A DNA stretch of 64,000 nucleotides. Source: Sphaerodactylus townsendi. Taxonomy: Eukaryota. The position numbers and the translations under genes are program-made. A model generated the notes under the pieces. It ran no database searches. It was given only the letters and a program-made list of their open reading frames with translations, and had not been told where the DNA came from. Of the stretch, positions 13,462 through 26,103 are shown piece after piece. The stretch is from contig NC_059427.1 in NCBI RefSeq assembly GCF_021028975.2, forward strand, positions 125,922,001 through 125,986,000, given 5' to 3'. Each line of letters begins with the position of its first letter. The first letter of the stretch is position 1.

Positions 13462-13859
13462 CACGGGTAGGGAACCTTTAACACTCAAAGAGCCATTTGG
13501 ACCCGTTTTCCACGGGAAAAGAAAACACTTGGAGCCGCAAATAATTTTTGACATTTAAAATAAAGATAACACTATATATATAGGGGGGGGTTACCTTTTA
13601 CTCCGCTCATTCTGAGAAGCGCATGGATGTGCCCGCCCTGCTGCCTGCAGGGTGGGCAAGGATGAAGCCAGCGGCTCAGCCTCGCCAGCTGCCAGGAAAG
13701 CGCCCGCCCCACTCCAACGGGGCAGATGAGAGGGGAAGCCTGCGGCGCGGCCCAGCCGACTGTGGGCAGTTGGTGCGCCTGCCCTACTGCCTCATGGAGC
13801 CACAGTGCAAGGGCAGTAGAGCCGCATGCGGCTCTCGAGCCGCAGGTTCCCTACCCCTG
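13462..13859. mobile_element. Non-autonomous hAT (Charlie-like) element
   Basis: TIRs CACGGGTAGGGAACCT / AGGTTCCCTACCCCTG; perfect TSD TCCTAAAA. Confidence 0.88.
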
Positions 13860-16342
13860 TCCTAAAAGGACAGAGTTGGGAGATTACATTTGTGATCTGT
13901 AACAGACAAATTTTGGAAACTATGTGGTAAATTTAAAAGTGAGAAATACGGGAAAGGAAAAAAAAGGGCACACACTCAAGTATTTCCTGTTCAATATAGG
14001 TCTAGCTCAGAACTCCAAAGGCTTGAATTTTCTTCCATCTTTCCCAGTTTTTTTATGGATAACCAAGGCAGTTTGAGAATTAAAAGAAAAACAAAACAGG
14101 TGTCTGAGAATTTCATTTATTTGCCTTGGGCCAGAAATATACAAGCAGAATCCAAAATACAGTACAGACAACTGCAGACAAAGACAAAAACTAATTTCTC
14201 CAAATTTGCTGGTATTTTCAAGACTGCTAATTAAAATACTAGCTATGCTATTTGAGTTTATGAAATCAATCAACGAACAAGTTGTACTAAACTCCATAAC
14301 AGTAAAACTGAGCTTTACCCTCCCATCTTCCTTTAAGATATCTCTTTATTTCCTGGATGGTAGTAAAGAATCTTAATTTTTAAATTATGTACTTAAAATT
14401 AAAGTGCAAACCAAATATAAGAATTTTAAATATAACGCACTAAAATATAAAATACAGATATCAACATCAAATTATACAAGCTTGAACTTAACCACCCATT
14501 CTACACAGAGTTTTTTTTTAAACTCTGAACTAAAAGTTCTGAGCTGTACTATGCTAAAGGCACAGACAAATCTTGCGGTTATTGAAATAGAAATGTGATG
14601 TCTAAGATGAAAACTGTTAAAATCCCAACCACCTGATAGCTCAGGCAACTAAAAAACTATTTTCCAACTTTCTGCTCCTGTGCCACCACCGACGCAGCAT
14701 AATACAAATTGTTTTATAGAAGACATGAATCCAAACACATTAACCAGCATAAACGCAGCCAACCCTTAGTGAAAACCACAAGACAGCTGTGCTTCAGAAA
14801 GTCTTAATCCTCCAGCCCATCCTGGGAGCTTCTGACTAAAATTGGGGAAGAGGGTGGTGGTGGTGGGGCACATCTGTCCCTGGAGCCACTGCTGTCCCTG
14901 TCACTTCAGCTGGTGGAAATGTAGGACTCCTTCATGTGACCGGGCTGCATTCTCTCAGTGCAGAGGGCAGACCACACAGGCCCACACAATACGATGAGTC
15001 GAGCAGGGCAGCCTGCCACTTGCCTGAAAGGGAGATTATTGCTGTATGTTTAATCCAGTACTCATCGATGAGAAAGCAGCTGCATTCATCGTAGCTTAGT
15101 ATCATCCCACGTACACCAGACTTTTGGGGAATCACAGTAAGAAGCAACCAACAGAGCTAGAATATTCACCCAGCCATACCAGCAGTAAGAACGTTGATGG
15201 CAGGGATGTACACACAGGCCACTGGAAAGCGCTTCTTGCTTCTCAAGCATAACTTACAGCTATGGTTTTCATCATCGGCATGGGGTCTCTGTGATTAAAC
15301 ATTGTTGCGTTCAAACCAACCAAGGTTCAAAGGTAACATGCGCCAAATCCATGCACCGTTGCAGCACAGAAACATCAAAGGGCATCTGGTCCCAGAGGTC
15401 TTATTGAGCAAAGAAAGCCCAGAGTGTCATTTTCACAACAGGATATGCAAGAGAAGGAATAAATTGAGCAAGTCTACCACCCCAAGCATGCGTCACAGCT
15501 GCTAAACCGAGGCTGAGTTCCCAGTTCCATCGGGGGAAGCCTCTCTAACTCCATAACTGGGTCATACATATTAATGCATCTTCTTGGTGCAACAGCACTG
15601 CAGAGAGGCTCCCAAAATTGGAGAATTTACCCAGATTGGGGAGCAGCACAAAAGAGAAATGTTTTGAGCAGGAGGGGGATTTCCTCAGTTGAAATCTCCT
15701 AAGATGTAAGCTGAGTAAACAAATGACAACTGACTGTTTGATGGGGGGGGGGGGGGGTTACAGTCAGCTTCTTCACTTATGACTTATTCAGTCAGCTTCT
15801 TCACTTATAACAAGAAAACTGCTTTCAGCCCATATTGTGGCAGCCACTGAGCAAGAGAGCCAAATGAAACGTTTACATGCCTTTGGAACTATTCTGACAA
15901 ACACATATCTTGAATCAATATAGAGATTTATACCCTTTCTCCTCCTCCTCAAGATGAAGCAGAGCTCTTTGATTCTGAACAAAACATGCTGTAGTAACCT
16001 GCCTAACATGCCCAGACTATGTAGCAATGGAAAGCAACAGAGAATTTGGTCATAAATACAGCAGTATCTTACTCATTCCTTCAGGGCCAACTTCTCAGAG
16101 AAAAGAAGAACTCTTTCGGATGAGTGAAATTATTATGGCACAAGCTTTCACAAGCCAGAGTTTGCTTTGTCAGATGTAGTCCAATGCTTAGAAACTGAGT
16201 CTTTCTTGTATTTGTTTGTTGTGTCAATAACAGTATTTCTGAATTTTTTTCCAACCCCTTGTATGTGAAGGATTCAAGAAATCTGCCTGCATAAGAACTT
16301 TAATCTTCCATGTTTGGGTCTACTGATTCCATTCTCTTCCCT

Positions 16343-16637
16343 GAGTCAACGTGGTGTAGCGGTTAAGAGCAGGTGCACTCTAATATGGAGAACTGGGTTT
16401 GATTCCCTGTTCTGCCACTTGAGCTGTGGAGGCTTATATGGATAACTAGATTAGCTTGTGCACTCCAACACATGCCAGTTGGGTGACCTTGGGCTAATCA
16501 CAGTTCTTCGGAGCTCTCTCAGCCCCACCTACCTCACAGGGTGTTTGTTGTGAGGGGGGAAGGGAAAGGAGTCTGCAAGCCCCATTAAGTCTCCTCGCAG
16601 GAGAGAAAGGGGGGATATAAATCCAACTCTTCTTCTT
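16343..16637 (+). mobile_element. tRNA-derived SINE (Squam3-like), full length
   Basis: A/B-box head, conserved core, (CTT)n tail. Confidence 0.9.
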
Positions 16638-17779
16638 CCCTCTGAACATTGCCATTTTGTGGGCATTGCAGGGGCGCCCATTGGTGCTTCAGAATACAGA
16701 TACCTGGAGCTAAAGGGTTTTTTCACAGGTTACAGAAGGTGTGGACGGGCCACTCCACCAGAACTCACCCACCAGACCACCCTGTGCACCCACTGCCAGC
16801 AAAAAGTGATATGCTGGGCAATGAGCCGCAGATTGTTGGTTGCCCCGTCAAACACAGCAATAGGCCTATTCTAGCCCCAAGGAGAAGCCTCCAGCCCCAA
16901 AGACAGGCAGCAATCTGACACTTGAGCGAGAGCTCAGCCCTAGAAGGAACCCTGGTCACTCTCATCTACACAAGCAGCTCCTGGGCAGCCTGGGGAAGGG
17001 AGGAGGAGGAGGAGGGCATCAACGACCCACGCAGCTGTTGCTGCCCTTCAGGCATCCCCCGTTGCTCCCTCCTCCGCAGGAAGAGTTTTACGCTTCTCTA
17101 CGCAGCTTGCATCCCTGCACAGTCCAGTGGATAAGCGCCTGCAGAAAGTCCCCAGTCCAGGCACACAGCCCAGCTGCCTCTCATTAACCCTCTCCTCAGT
17201 GCCCAGCCCGCTCACGCACCACCCACCCCCGCCTACCACGTAGCCCCTTTCCCCCCTACCCACAAAACGCTGCAATTCCCTGAACTGATTCTGCCAAAAG
17301 GCGCTCTAATCAACTCCACCCGTGACTCCCCCTTCCCCCAGAAATGGAACAGCTGTCCTTGCCCTGTGACCACCCAGAACAACAGCTGTCCAGAAAGCTC
17401 CCTTCTGGCAATGGGGCAACTGCTCCCAGCAGCATGGCTGAACAGGGTCGCCTCGCAGCAGCTGCAGCCGACACCCTCCACGACCCCCAACCCAACCTTC
17501 GCCCCACCCCAGCGCCGTACTTCCTACATGCCAGCAGGGCCCAGCACCCACGACCCTGCAGAAGAGCCGACTGAAGCCAAACCCCGTCTTCCTTAGGGGC
17601 AAACAGCTGTCTATCTCTAAGTATGGACACACCATTCAGCACTTTCCCTTCTTCTTTGAAACCCAGGATGCAACCACCCCCACCGAAAAAAACCCCATAT
17701 TTTTTTCCCCAATTCTTTTTGTGGGGATGTATAGGGCAGTTTGATCCCTACTGCAATACAGCCGAAGGACAGCTAGCTG

Positions 17780-18300
17780 GGTGCACCCGAGGGGCCACTC
17801 CCACTTCCCGGCCACCGGCCCCGGATCCCACCCCCGCGCACGCATTTTAATTCATTCGCCCGCTCACCGTAGCCGCTCTCGTCCTCTTCCTCCATGTTCC
17901 CAACCGGAGCCCGGCGCGGCAGCCGCTGCAAGACCCGCGAGGCTCCTGCCGCTACTCAGCAAGTTCCTTCCCACCCCTCGAGCACACGTGACGGAGACTG
18001 GCCTCCCCGGCAGGGCGGGAGGGGCGGGACCTCTGCCACCCGGGGCTGGAAAGGGGGCGTGGCTGCGGCGCCACGTGACGGTGCGGCTTCAGGGGTCGCC
18101 GCACCCGGTGCGGGTGCTGTTCTCCGTCGTGCTGCGCTTAATCCGAAGTAACGCTGGCTTTTGACTCACACAGCCCGTGTCAATCGTTACTAGTGCAACC
18201 GCCCCAGAGGCTGGAGGGGAGAAAGCGTCGCCCACTTTGGCGTGCCTTGACTACCCTAATTGCATGGCGACAGGCAGTTTAAAAGGCGTGAAGCCGAATC
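17780..18300 (-). promoter_or_regulatory. CYTH1: CpG-island promoter of CYTH1
   Basis: GC/CpG-rich block around exon 1; GGGCGG boxes at about 18013-18028; CACGTG E-boxes at 17985 and 18072. Confidence 0.8.
17868..17895 (-). CDS. CYTH1: Cytohesin-1 first coding exon (MEEEDESGY+G); downstream exons lie left of the window
   Basis: ATG GAG GAA GAG GAC GAG AGC GGC TAC G|GTGAGC inside a CpG island. Resembles the human CYTH1 start MEEDDSYV, and the position next to USP36 is syntenic. Confidence 0.88.
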
Positions 18301-18750
18301 TGTGCCACCCTAAACAGGTACACCTGCAGGCTCATTGATTTCACATTTTCAGTGGATTTAGATGGGTATGAATCTGTATGTGAATGCGAATCCTGCACGA
18401 AGGGGAGACGGATTGCCTGCTTGTGGACGGAAGAGAAGTGGAAGGAAGCGGACTAGGAGGACGCAACTGATGGGAGATGTTAGGCGGCTTGTGTTCAGTG
18501 CAAAGGAGGGGCAAACAAGGGCCCGTTTTCTTTTGCCCAGATGCAAACCTCACCCAAACACCCCCTCAGTATCTTACAACGGGGAGGGCAAGCACGTATT
18601 CCCCAATACGAGTTCACAGTCTAAAGCAGTCGTTTATGGAGCGAGAGAGCGAGCGCAGCTTTTGTATTGTTTAATGCGGGAATCACTTTTTCTGTGGTTT
18701 ATGTGTAAAGTTACCCGATTTACAGCAACCTTTCCTGGGGTTTTCAAGGG

Positions 18751-19038
18751 AAGAAGAATTTAGATTTAAATCCCTCCCTTCTCTCCTGTAAGGAGACTCA
18801 AAGGGACTTACAAGTCCTTTCCCTCCCCGCCCAACAACAAACACCCTGTGAGGTGGGTGGGGCTGAGAGAGCTCTGAAGAACTGTGACTCGCCCAAGGTC
18901 ACCCAGCTGGCATGAGTTGGAGTCCACAAGCTAATCTGGTTCACCAGATAAGCCACCAAAGCTCAAGTGGCAAAACGGGGAATCAAATGCAGTTCTCCAT
19001 ATTAGAGTGCACCTGCTCTTAACCACTACACCATGCCG
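18751..19038 (-). mobile_element. tRNA-derived SINE (Squam3-like), full length
   Basis: Reverse complement of the 16343 copy. Confidence 0.9.
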
Positions 19039-20382
19039 GTGGTTTGCCATTGCCTTCCGTTGTATAGCAACCCTGCTGTTCCTTGGTGGTCTCCCAACTA
19101 AGTACTAATTAGTTTATGAGATCTAACCAGATCAGACTAGCCTGGGTAATGTAGATCTGTGGTTTATCAGCGCTGGAACTCGCATGATATCCAGCAGGGA
19201 GAAAAACACCCTCCCAAAACAACATTGCACCTGCAATACAAAAAGTGTGCACAGCTACCCAACCTGATCTGTTGGACAGTGAGAGTGAGAACAGGGTAAA
19301 CAACAAAATGCAATTTTGGGAACTCCCCTTGGCCCCTAAACGTTATACTCTAACCAAATTGGCTACAACCAAGGCGAGTGTAATGCACAAAAATCCCAAA
19401 ATATTTGGAAAAGCAAAGTGTTGTTCAGCAACAGCCTAAGACCAGACAGCTATAAGGAACTCAATCTATTCCCTTGGTAGGATCATGATACTTCTGACAT
19501 GACAAAAAGAAATATGGTTCACAGGATAACTAGCTTAAGGAGTAGGGATGCAAGGTAAGCAAAACAAGGTAAAGCAGGAATTTTGAAAATGTTTGTGTTA
19601 AATAACCCAGAGATTTATTTTCATTCATCCTGGCTCCCTAGTGTTTATCACAGGAATTGTTAGAACTGAATGGGAGGAAATCTATGCACAACTTTCTACA
19701 TTGGGTAGTATCTGCCATTAGCCACTATAACAGGCAAGATAAATCACTGCTATAACAGTCTTAATTTCCTAATGGCTCTCTTGCAACTGCTTGTCAAAGT
19801 GTGAAGAGGCTTTTTAAAAATCACGTAAAAGGAATATCAGAATGGTCTAAAGTTCTCTCCATCACTTAAATAAATCAGCAGGCAGAACGTTTCTGCGTGT
19901 TCAACAAGTTGCATGTAGTTCTGGTTAATGTGACATTGTTCAAGGCAGTCCTGTCCTTTTAATCCTAATGGTGCTCCTAAAGATAATATTCTTTTGGAGA
20001 GCCTGTGTCTCACCTCAGACATACAGAATTGTTTCTGGCACAGCCAATCCTTATAGACCAGAATTATGACTGAAACTGCAAGAAAAATGCCAGTGCTGAA
20101 GGGCTATCCCATTAGCTCTAACTCAACAGTAAATTCAGTGGAGACGGTCTTAACAGGCTCCGTACTGGAGCTAAAGCACACCAAGGGGAACAAGAGATGT
20201 GAGAATCCAAGTAAATTATTTTGCTCCCCTATAGGCCATTACAATAACGCAATGGCATTCACGCTGTAGCTCTTCCATATCACCTCTAGCTCTTCTGCAT
20301 TTTCTCTGCACTTCTGACTGCATGCCCCAAAGTAAATGCATGCAATAAACAAGCGCTCAACATGGTTGTATTAATAGTTATA

Positions 20383-20768
20383 CAGGGGCATAGTTATACA
20401 ATGGTATTTGGGGGGCTCTGCAGTTATCCCTCCCCCCCACAGCCAGGGCTAGTGAAGCCCAGCTGCTGCCGTGTCCTCACCTGTCTGCTAGCTACTCTCG
20501 CCCACTCGCCACTTCTACTGTCTGCTGTTTGCCACTTCTTCTGCCAGCTCACCTGCCCCACAATCTGCCCTGTCAGTGAGTGAATGGGCAGGAAGAAGCA
20601 GCTGCAAACAGCAGGCAGAACGTGAACAGGTGGGAGTGAGCTAATGACAGGCAAGAAAGCAAGCAAGCTGGGGGAGGGAAGAAGGGGTGGCCAAATGTGC
20701 CCCCCATGTAATGCCTGCAAGTGGCAGCTGGAGCATCAGCCCCGTTCCCCCTGCATGGTACACCACTA
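20383..20768. mobile_element. Degenerate hAT-type element
   Basis: 8-bp TSD TAGTTATA; decayed ends CAGGGGCATA / TACACCACTA. Confidence 0.6.
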
Positions 20769-22174
20769 TAGTTATATATTTATTATTTTGTAGGTGTGGC
20801 AGGTCATGCTGCAGTCATGTGTCTCTTTTGGTTGATGGGGAATATAGATATCTGTCAAGACCCCATTTCCTTTGGTCTTGCCATGGACACCCAGGGGAGT
20901 CTGGGAGATTGTGGCACCAATCAATTCTTGCTTTTGCTTGCTTTGTTTAGAGATTAGCAGTAACTGTTCTTTTCCCTAGCCAGACAGCACATAGTCTTTA
21001 CTGAGGTTCTTACCTTTGAAAGCTGAACACCCTGAGGATGCTTTCACTTTGGGGGAAAAAACATTGGAGGGAGGGGGTGTACAGTGTGGGATATAGGCTG
21101 CTCCTTGGCGTGAGAATGTTAGATCCAGCAAAGAAACTCTGGAGTGTAACTTTTTGTTTACTCTGATGAAATAAATGGATTTCAGTCTGAGTTGATTATT
21201 GGGAGGAGGTCGATGGGCATGACAATATGGCAAGCCATGCAGTAAGAACCACCACTGCAAATGCAATACCCATAATGCATCAAGTAACAGGGCTCCTCAA
21301 TTCCCTCATACAAATTGTTCCCGCTCACTACCCTAGTTTAAAATCAAAGTGGTGTCATTGGGAAAAAAAACCCTCTTCAGTAGGACCAGGGAAAGTGATC
21401 CTCACTAGTAGAGCTTTCCAAATGCACATTAAATAAATGTGTAAAGTACCATGAGAATTACTAATTAACGATACCCTGAACGACTCTTCCATACCAGCAT
21501 GTTTTGTTCTGTCCCACAAACATAACATGGACTACAAAGAGTACCAAGAATGAAGCTATCAGCTAAACAGCAGAGAAAAATCCTATAAGTGAAAAGGTAA
21601 AGATATTTTCATAGTCTTTTCCTGGATCTTCCAGATACACAAGTTACTCCACAAAGGCCAGTAAGTTCATGAGCAACCTGTTGGGACACCCCTGCTGTAA
21701 AGACAAACTAGAAGGGAAAACATTTGCCGCTTGTGCGGAACACTGTGACTAGACTCCTGTGATCATGATATTATAGCAATTACACTGGCTACTGATCTAC
21801 TCTAAAACCCCATTCATGGTGTTGCTTTTGATCTTTAAAGCCTGCCACGGGTTCGGACTGGGGTATCTGAATTGTCTTTTCTCACATGTTCCTGCCCAGG
21901 AATTAAGATCAGAGGAAGAGGACCTCCTGATTCACATCAATCGAATAAAGCTTGTTTACTTGAGGGCTTTTCAGTGGCAGCCCCACAATTATGAAACCAT
22001 CTCCCCAGGGAGGGGCTCCTGGACCCCTCACTTTTGATCTTTAGGAGACAACTGAAGGCAGTTTTATATAGGACTGAATTTGGTTAAGTATATTAGCCGT
22101 TCTGGGTTGTGATGTTAAATTTTGCTTTTTAGGTTTTAATATATTTTATTTTATGTAATATCTATGCTGTAAGC

Positions 22175-23132
22175 CAGGGGTCCCCAAACTACGGCCTGGG
22201 GGCCAAATGTGGCCCCCTGAAGGCATTTATCCGGCCCGCCAGGCATGGCAGCGATGGCTCCATTCATGTGCAGTGGTGGCGAACGGGTCTCCATGGCTTT
22301 GACTGTTGGGTCTGCTGGACGGAAAACAGAGCTCTGGATATATCCGCGGCCTTCGGGGTCTGCCAGATTGGCTCCCTTGGGCTCCTTTCTCCCCAACCAG
22401 CCTATGCAACAAGGCAATGCCCACAGGTCTGCTCTTTTTCTGTGACTGGAGTTGCTGCTTTCTAAACATTGCTGATCACAGGCAGGAGACATATTTGTGG
22501 ATATTACCTCTATGTAAGAGTAGCCAACCTCTAGGGGAGGCCTGGAGATGTCCCAGAATTACAGCTGCCTCCAGGTGACAGAGATCAATTCCTAGAGAAA
22601 ATGACTACTTTGGACGGTGGGCTCCCCACCCCAAACCCTGCCTTTCTCAGATTACACCCCCAAATCTCCATGAATTTTCTGACCCAGAGTTGGAAACCTT
22701 ACATGTGGCAACACCTGCTCCGCCCTTCCCTCTTGGCTACTCCATGTGTTGCTCTCAGGCTTTCTATTCCGCCTCACTCCCATTGGCATCAGCCAGGCTG
22801 ACGAATCGCTCGCTGGCTGCTAGGGAGGAAAGAACCGAGTAAGATACCTAATCCTGGGTTAGATGGAATGCTTAATTGGGAAAGTTCTGGGTTTTTTACA
22901 GGGGAAGGTATTCCACAGCCTCCCCAACAATATTTGGAGCCCACCCTGTACTTGACATACTTTGGTCACTGTTCTAAAAATAGACCATGACAGAAAGGCT
23001 GAAAGGTGAAATCAAACATTTTACAATCATTTGTGCATAGGAATTTGTTCATAGTTTTTTTTTTAGTCCGGCCCTCCAACAGTCTGAGGGACAGTGAACT
23101 GGCCCCCTGTTTAAAAAGTTTGGGGACCCCTG
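22175..23132 (+). mobile_element. Non-autonomous hAT element, OposCharlie1 (OC1)-like, copy A
   Basis: TIR CAGGGGTCCCCAAACT at both ends; TSD CTGTAAGC/CTGTAAGT. Confidence 0.88.
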
Positions 23133-23719
23133 CTGTAAGTCATCTTGAGCTCTGAAAGGAAGAAATGTGACTGATACAGGTTTTAAATAAATAAATAAGA
23201 CTTTAAGGATCCATGCCGTGCTGAACGTTAGATCTCAGGCCCCAATTCCTTGTGGCAACTTAGAGGGTGGAAGGTACAATCCGGTTACTCTCCCAAAGTG
23301 GTAGAATCGAATCCTTCACTGCTTGATCCTGTCAACTGAAGTGGCCTGTGGTTTTAGAGGTTGGCCTCTCAGCATTCCATCTTTTTCTAGCCCAGGAGCT
23401 TTCAAGGCAACATCCACAATTGCCTTCCTCATCCCCTACTTCCTTCCCTGCTGCCTGACTTCTGCTTTACCATAGTCCAAGTTACCTTCTTCTTTGTTCT
23501 CCTCCTCCTCCCTATTCCTTCTGCTGTTCCCTTCATTTTCTGCAAGCATACATTTTTCTCTTCTGTCTTTCATCAGACCAGGGGGGTGGGGAGAGAGACA
23601 ATAAAGGCAATACTGCACCCTGGGTGGTTACCACCATTCAACCGAACCACAGTTCTCAACTGCATAAATGTGTTGGTAGTCAATCATTAGAGGCTGAGTG
23701 TCAGACTAAACAAAAAGGA

Positions 23720-25542
23720 GACATACACAAAACATTCCTTTTATTGCACCATGGACCTTTGCTACAACCAGGGTTATTGCAATAAATCCTAGCACAAGGT
23801 GCAAAATATACCCTTCATCAAGGGTATCTACATAGATATTTTTAAACTTGTTTGGCAGGAGATTGTAAAAGGGCACTGTCACAGGGTGAGCAGGGGAGAC
23901 TTGGGTCCCCCCCTCCACTGAGAAAGTGAAGTGTGTCAAAGCCCCCCTCCCCACCAGGAAAAAAAAACCCTGCTAACTCAAAATAAATTCAAGGGTCAAA
24001 TCTGTTTTGATAACTGTTTCAATGTTTACATGCTGGAGCGAATTAGGCTAATTTTCAACTCTTGCACCCACCAGGCAAAGAAGAGGAGATGGGTGCGAGA
24101 CTTGAATGGGCAATATGGACAACGCAAGGGTGTGCGGATTAATGGGATGGATGCACATGGACCTGCTCCTGGAACTGATCGTGCATCTATGGAAAGCTGC
24201 AGGTCACGGATGCTCATTTAGGAGAGCCACTGAGGTTAAGCAACAGTAGCCCAACACGAGGAACAAAAGAGAAGCCAAGTCCACAGTACTGTGAAAGCAC
24301 AACCCCTTTTAACTTGGCATGAGAGCCACCACAGTGGGAAAGCTCAGCACAGGCCTAGCTGGGTCGCTTGCAGCAGAAGAATGGCTAATCTGCCAAAGCA
24401 GCCATCTTTCTGACAACCTCTTCAATACAAATTGAGGTGAAAATCTGCTGCTGTCGAGAGATTTGGGTCCTCTTGAGTCCACAAACTTTGCAACAACAGC
24501 TGTCAGAAATAAATTAGCAGAAGAGGAGAAGTAGTGTGCTGGGAGACCCAAGACAGCTTTCCCTGATTCCTACCCCCCCTGATCTGAGGTGACAAACATG
24601 CTCAATCAGCAATTCTCCAGTTCCGTTTCAATCACTGGACTCTACCCAGCTCAGACTGCAGGTGAGGGATAGAATGTAAATTACTCCCATGTGTAAACAA
24701 AATAAAATGAACCCTCCGAACCCTGTAGTTTAGTATGTGCAGAGATTTAATTTGTGGGAGAATTCAATCATTTAACTCCCCACCTTCAGACAGAAGTGGA
24801 ACAGCCCAGCAACTGACACAAGACATCACAGATCTGCATCTCATGAATAAGGTACCACTTAGAAGCTGTCATGGGTTAATCAGCCATTTGAAGGCCCCCA
24901 ACAGTGATCTCTGAAAAATTATCCAGGGCATCCAAAACCTGACCAGCAGCTTTCCTTGTCATGCAGAACTCTGCTCCAAAATGTTCCAGGTAGCAGGAAT
25001 GGGATCTGGAGGAGTTCTGGGGAAAATGTTTCTGAAAGGTAGAAACCAGAGGCAGGGCTCATGAGGAATGGAGAACAGCCACGTCAGTAACCTTGTCTTA
25101 ATGACAACATAGCCAGAAATGAGGAAAAGGGGCAACTGCCAGATCAGGCAAGGTAATCGTGACCTCTCTGGAGCTGGAAGTAGCACTCTTCGTTTTTTCC
25201 TGGCAGGAAAGGCAGAGGAGGGCTATAGCTCACCAAAGCTAGGCTTGTGAGGGTGGAAGCAACAGTCGGCTTTTACTTTAGGGGGTTGATCACCCCAGAC
25301 TAGAAAGAACAGCTCCGCTGGGGCCACCTTCAGGAGACAGAACGCTCTTCAAAGCCCGGTGCCTGCTTCCCCAGACCTTGCATAAAAGAACCAGAGTCCT
25401 CAGAGATGGAAGCATCCTGCTCAGGACCAGAAGAGGACCTTTCCTGAAAACTCTGTAGAGATGGCAGCTTTCAACCGTGTTAATGACATTACACCCCAAC
25501 GTACAGGAATCCATCACAGCGTGGCTGGAGCTAAGAACTCAT
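23720..25542 (-). other. USP36: USP36 non-coding terminal exon (3'UTR)
   Basis: Donor CCG|GTGAGG 4 nt after the stop (25967); acceptor TTCTTTCTTAACCCCACAG at 25543; ends near an AATAAA with a GU/U-rich downstream element. Confidence 0.7.
23740..23745 (-). terminator. USP36: USP36 polyadenylation signal
   Basis: AATAAA followed by TGTTTTGTGTATGTCTCCTTTTTGTTT on the minus strand. Confidence 0.7.
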
Positions 25543-25971
25543 CTGTGGGGTTAAGAAAGAACAGATCAGTGCTACCAAAAAAACCTTTTTTCTGATTATA
25601 CCACCCAAATTTGTATGTTTAATTGTTTGTACACTGCAGAATTTCTACAAAGATCCCACTCAAACTCCCAAAACACTTAATTTCATTATGTTCCCATAAT
25701 GAGGATTTGTCCAGTCCGACTCTACATTATTCTAGTTACGAAAACTGAATTATGACAGGATAGCCAAAGTCAATAAAGGACACTGGGTTTTGGCCAGTTT
25801 TGTTACACGCTACACAGAACTTTTGACATCAGAATTAATAGTATCTTTTGATATCTTATTCATAGCCTCTTTGCTCTCCCGTACCCAGTTTTCTAGCAGC
25901 CCATGTGAGAAAACCTCACCCTTGCAAGTTAGTAACCCCTCCCGTACATTTCTCTCAAGCTCCTCACCGGT

Positions 25972-26103
25972 TTAGAGCCGATAGCTCAGACTAGCCACCT
26001 TAGCTGGGTGTGTTATAGCCCAGAAATTACGACGATTTTGCAGTTTCTGGAAGGCATTGAAGTTTCTCCTCCGCTCACGTTTGATTTTCTTGCTTTTCTT
26101 CAC
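25972..26103 (-). CDS. USP36: USP36 coding exon 18 (132 nt including TAA)
   Basis: TCACAG|GTG; [28 protein letters not shown]...LSYRL*. Confidence 0.96.
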   Translation of the reverse strand: MKKSKKIKRERRRNFNAFQKLQNRRNFWAITHPAKVASLSYRL

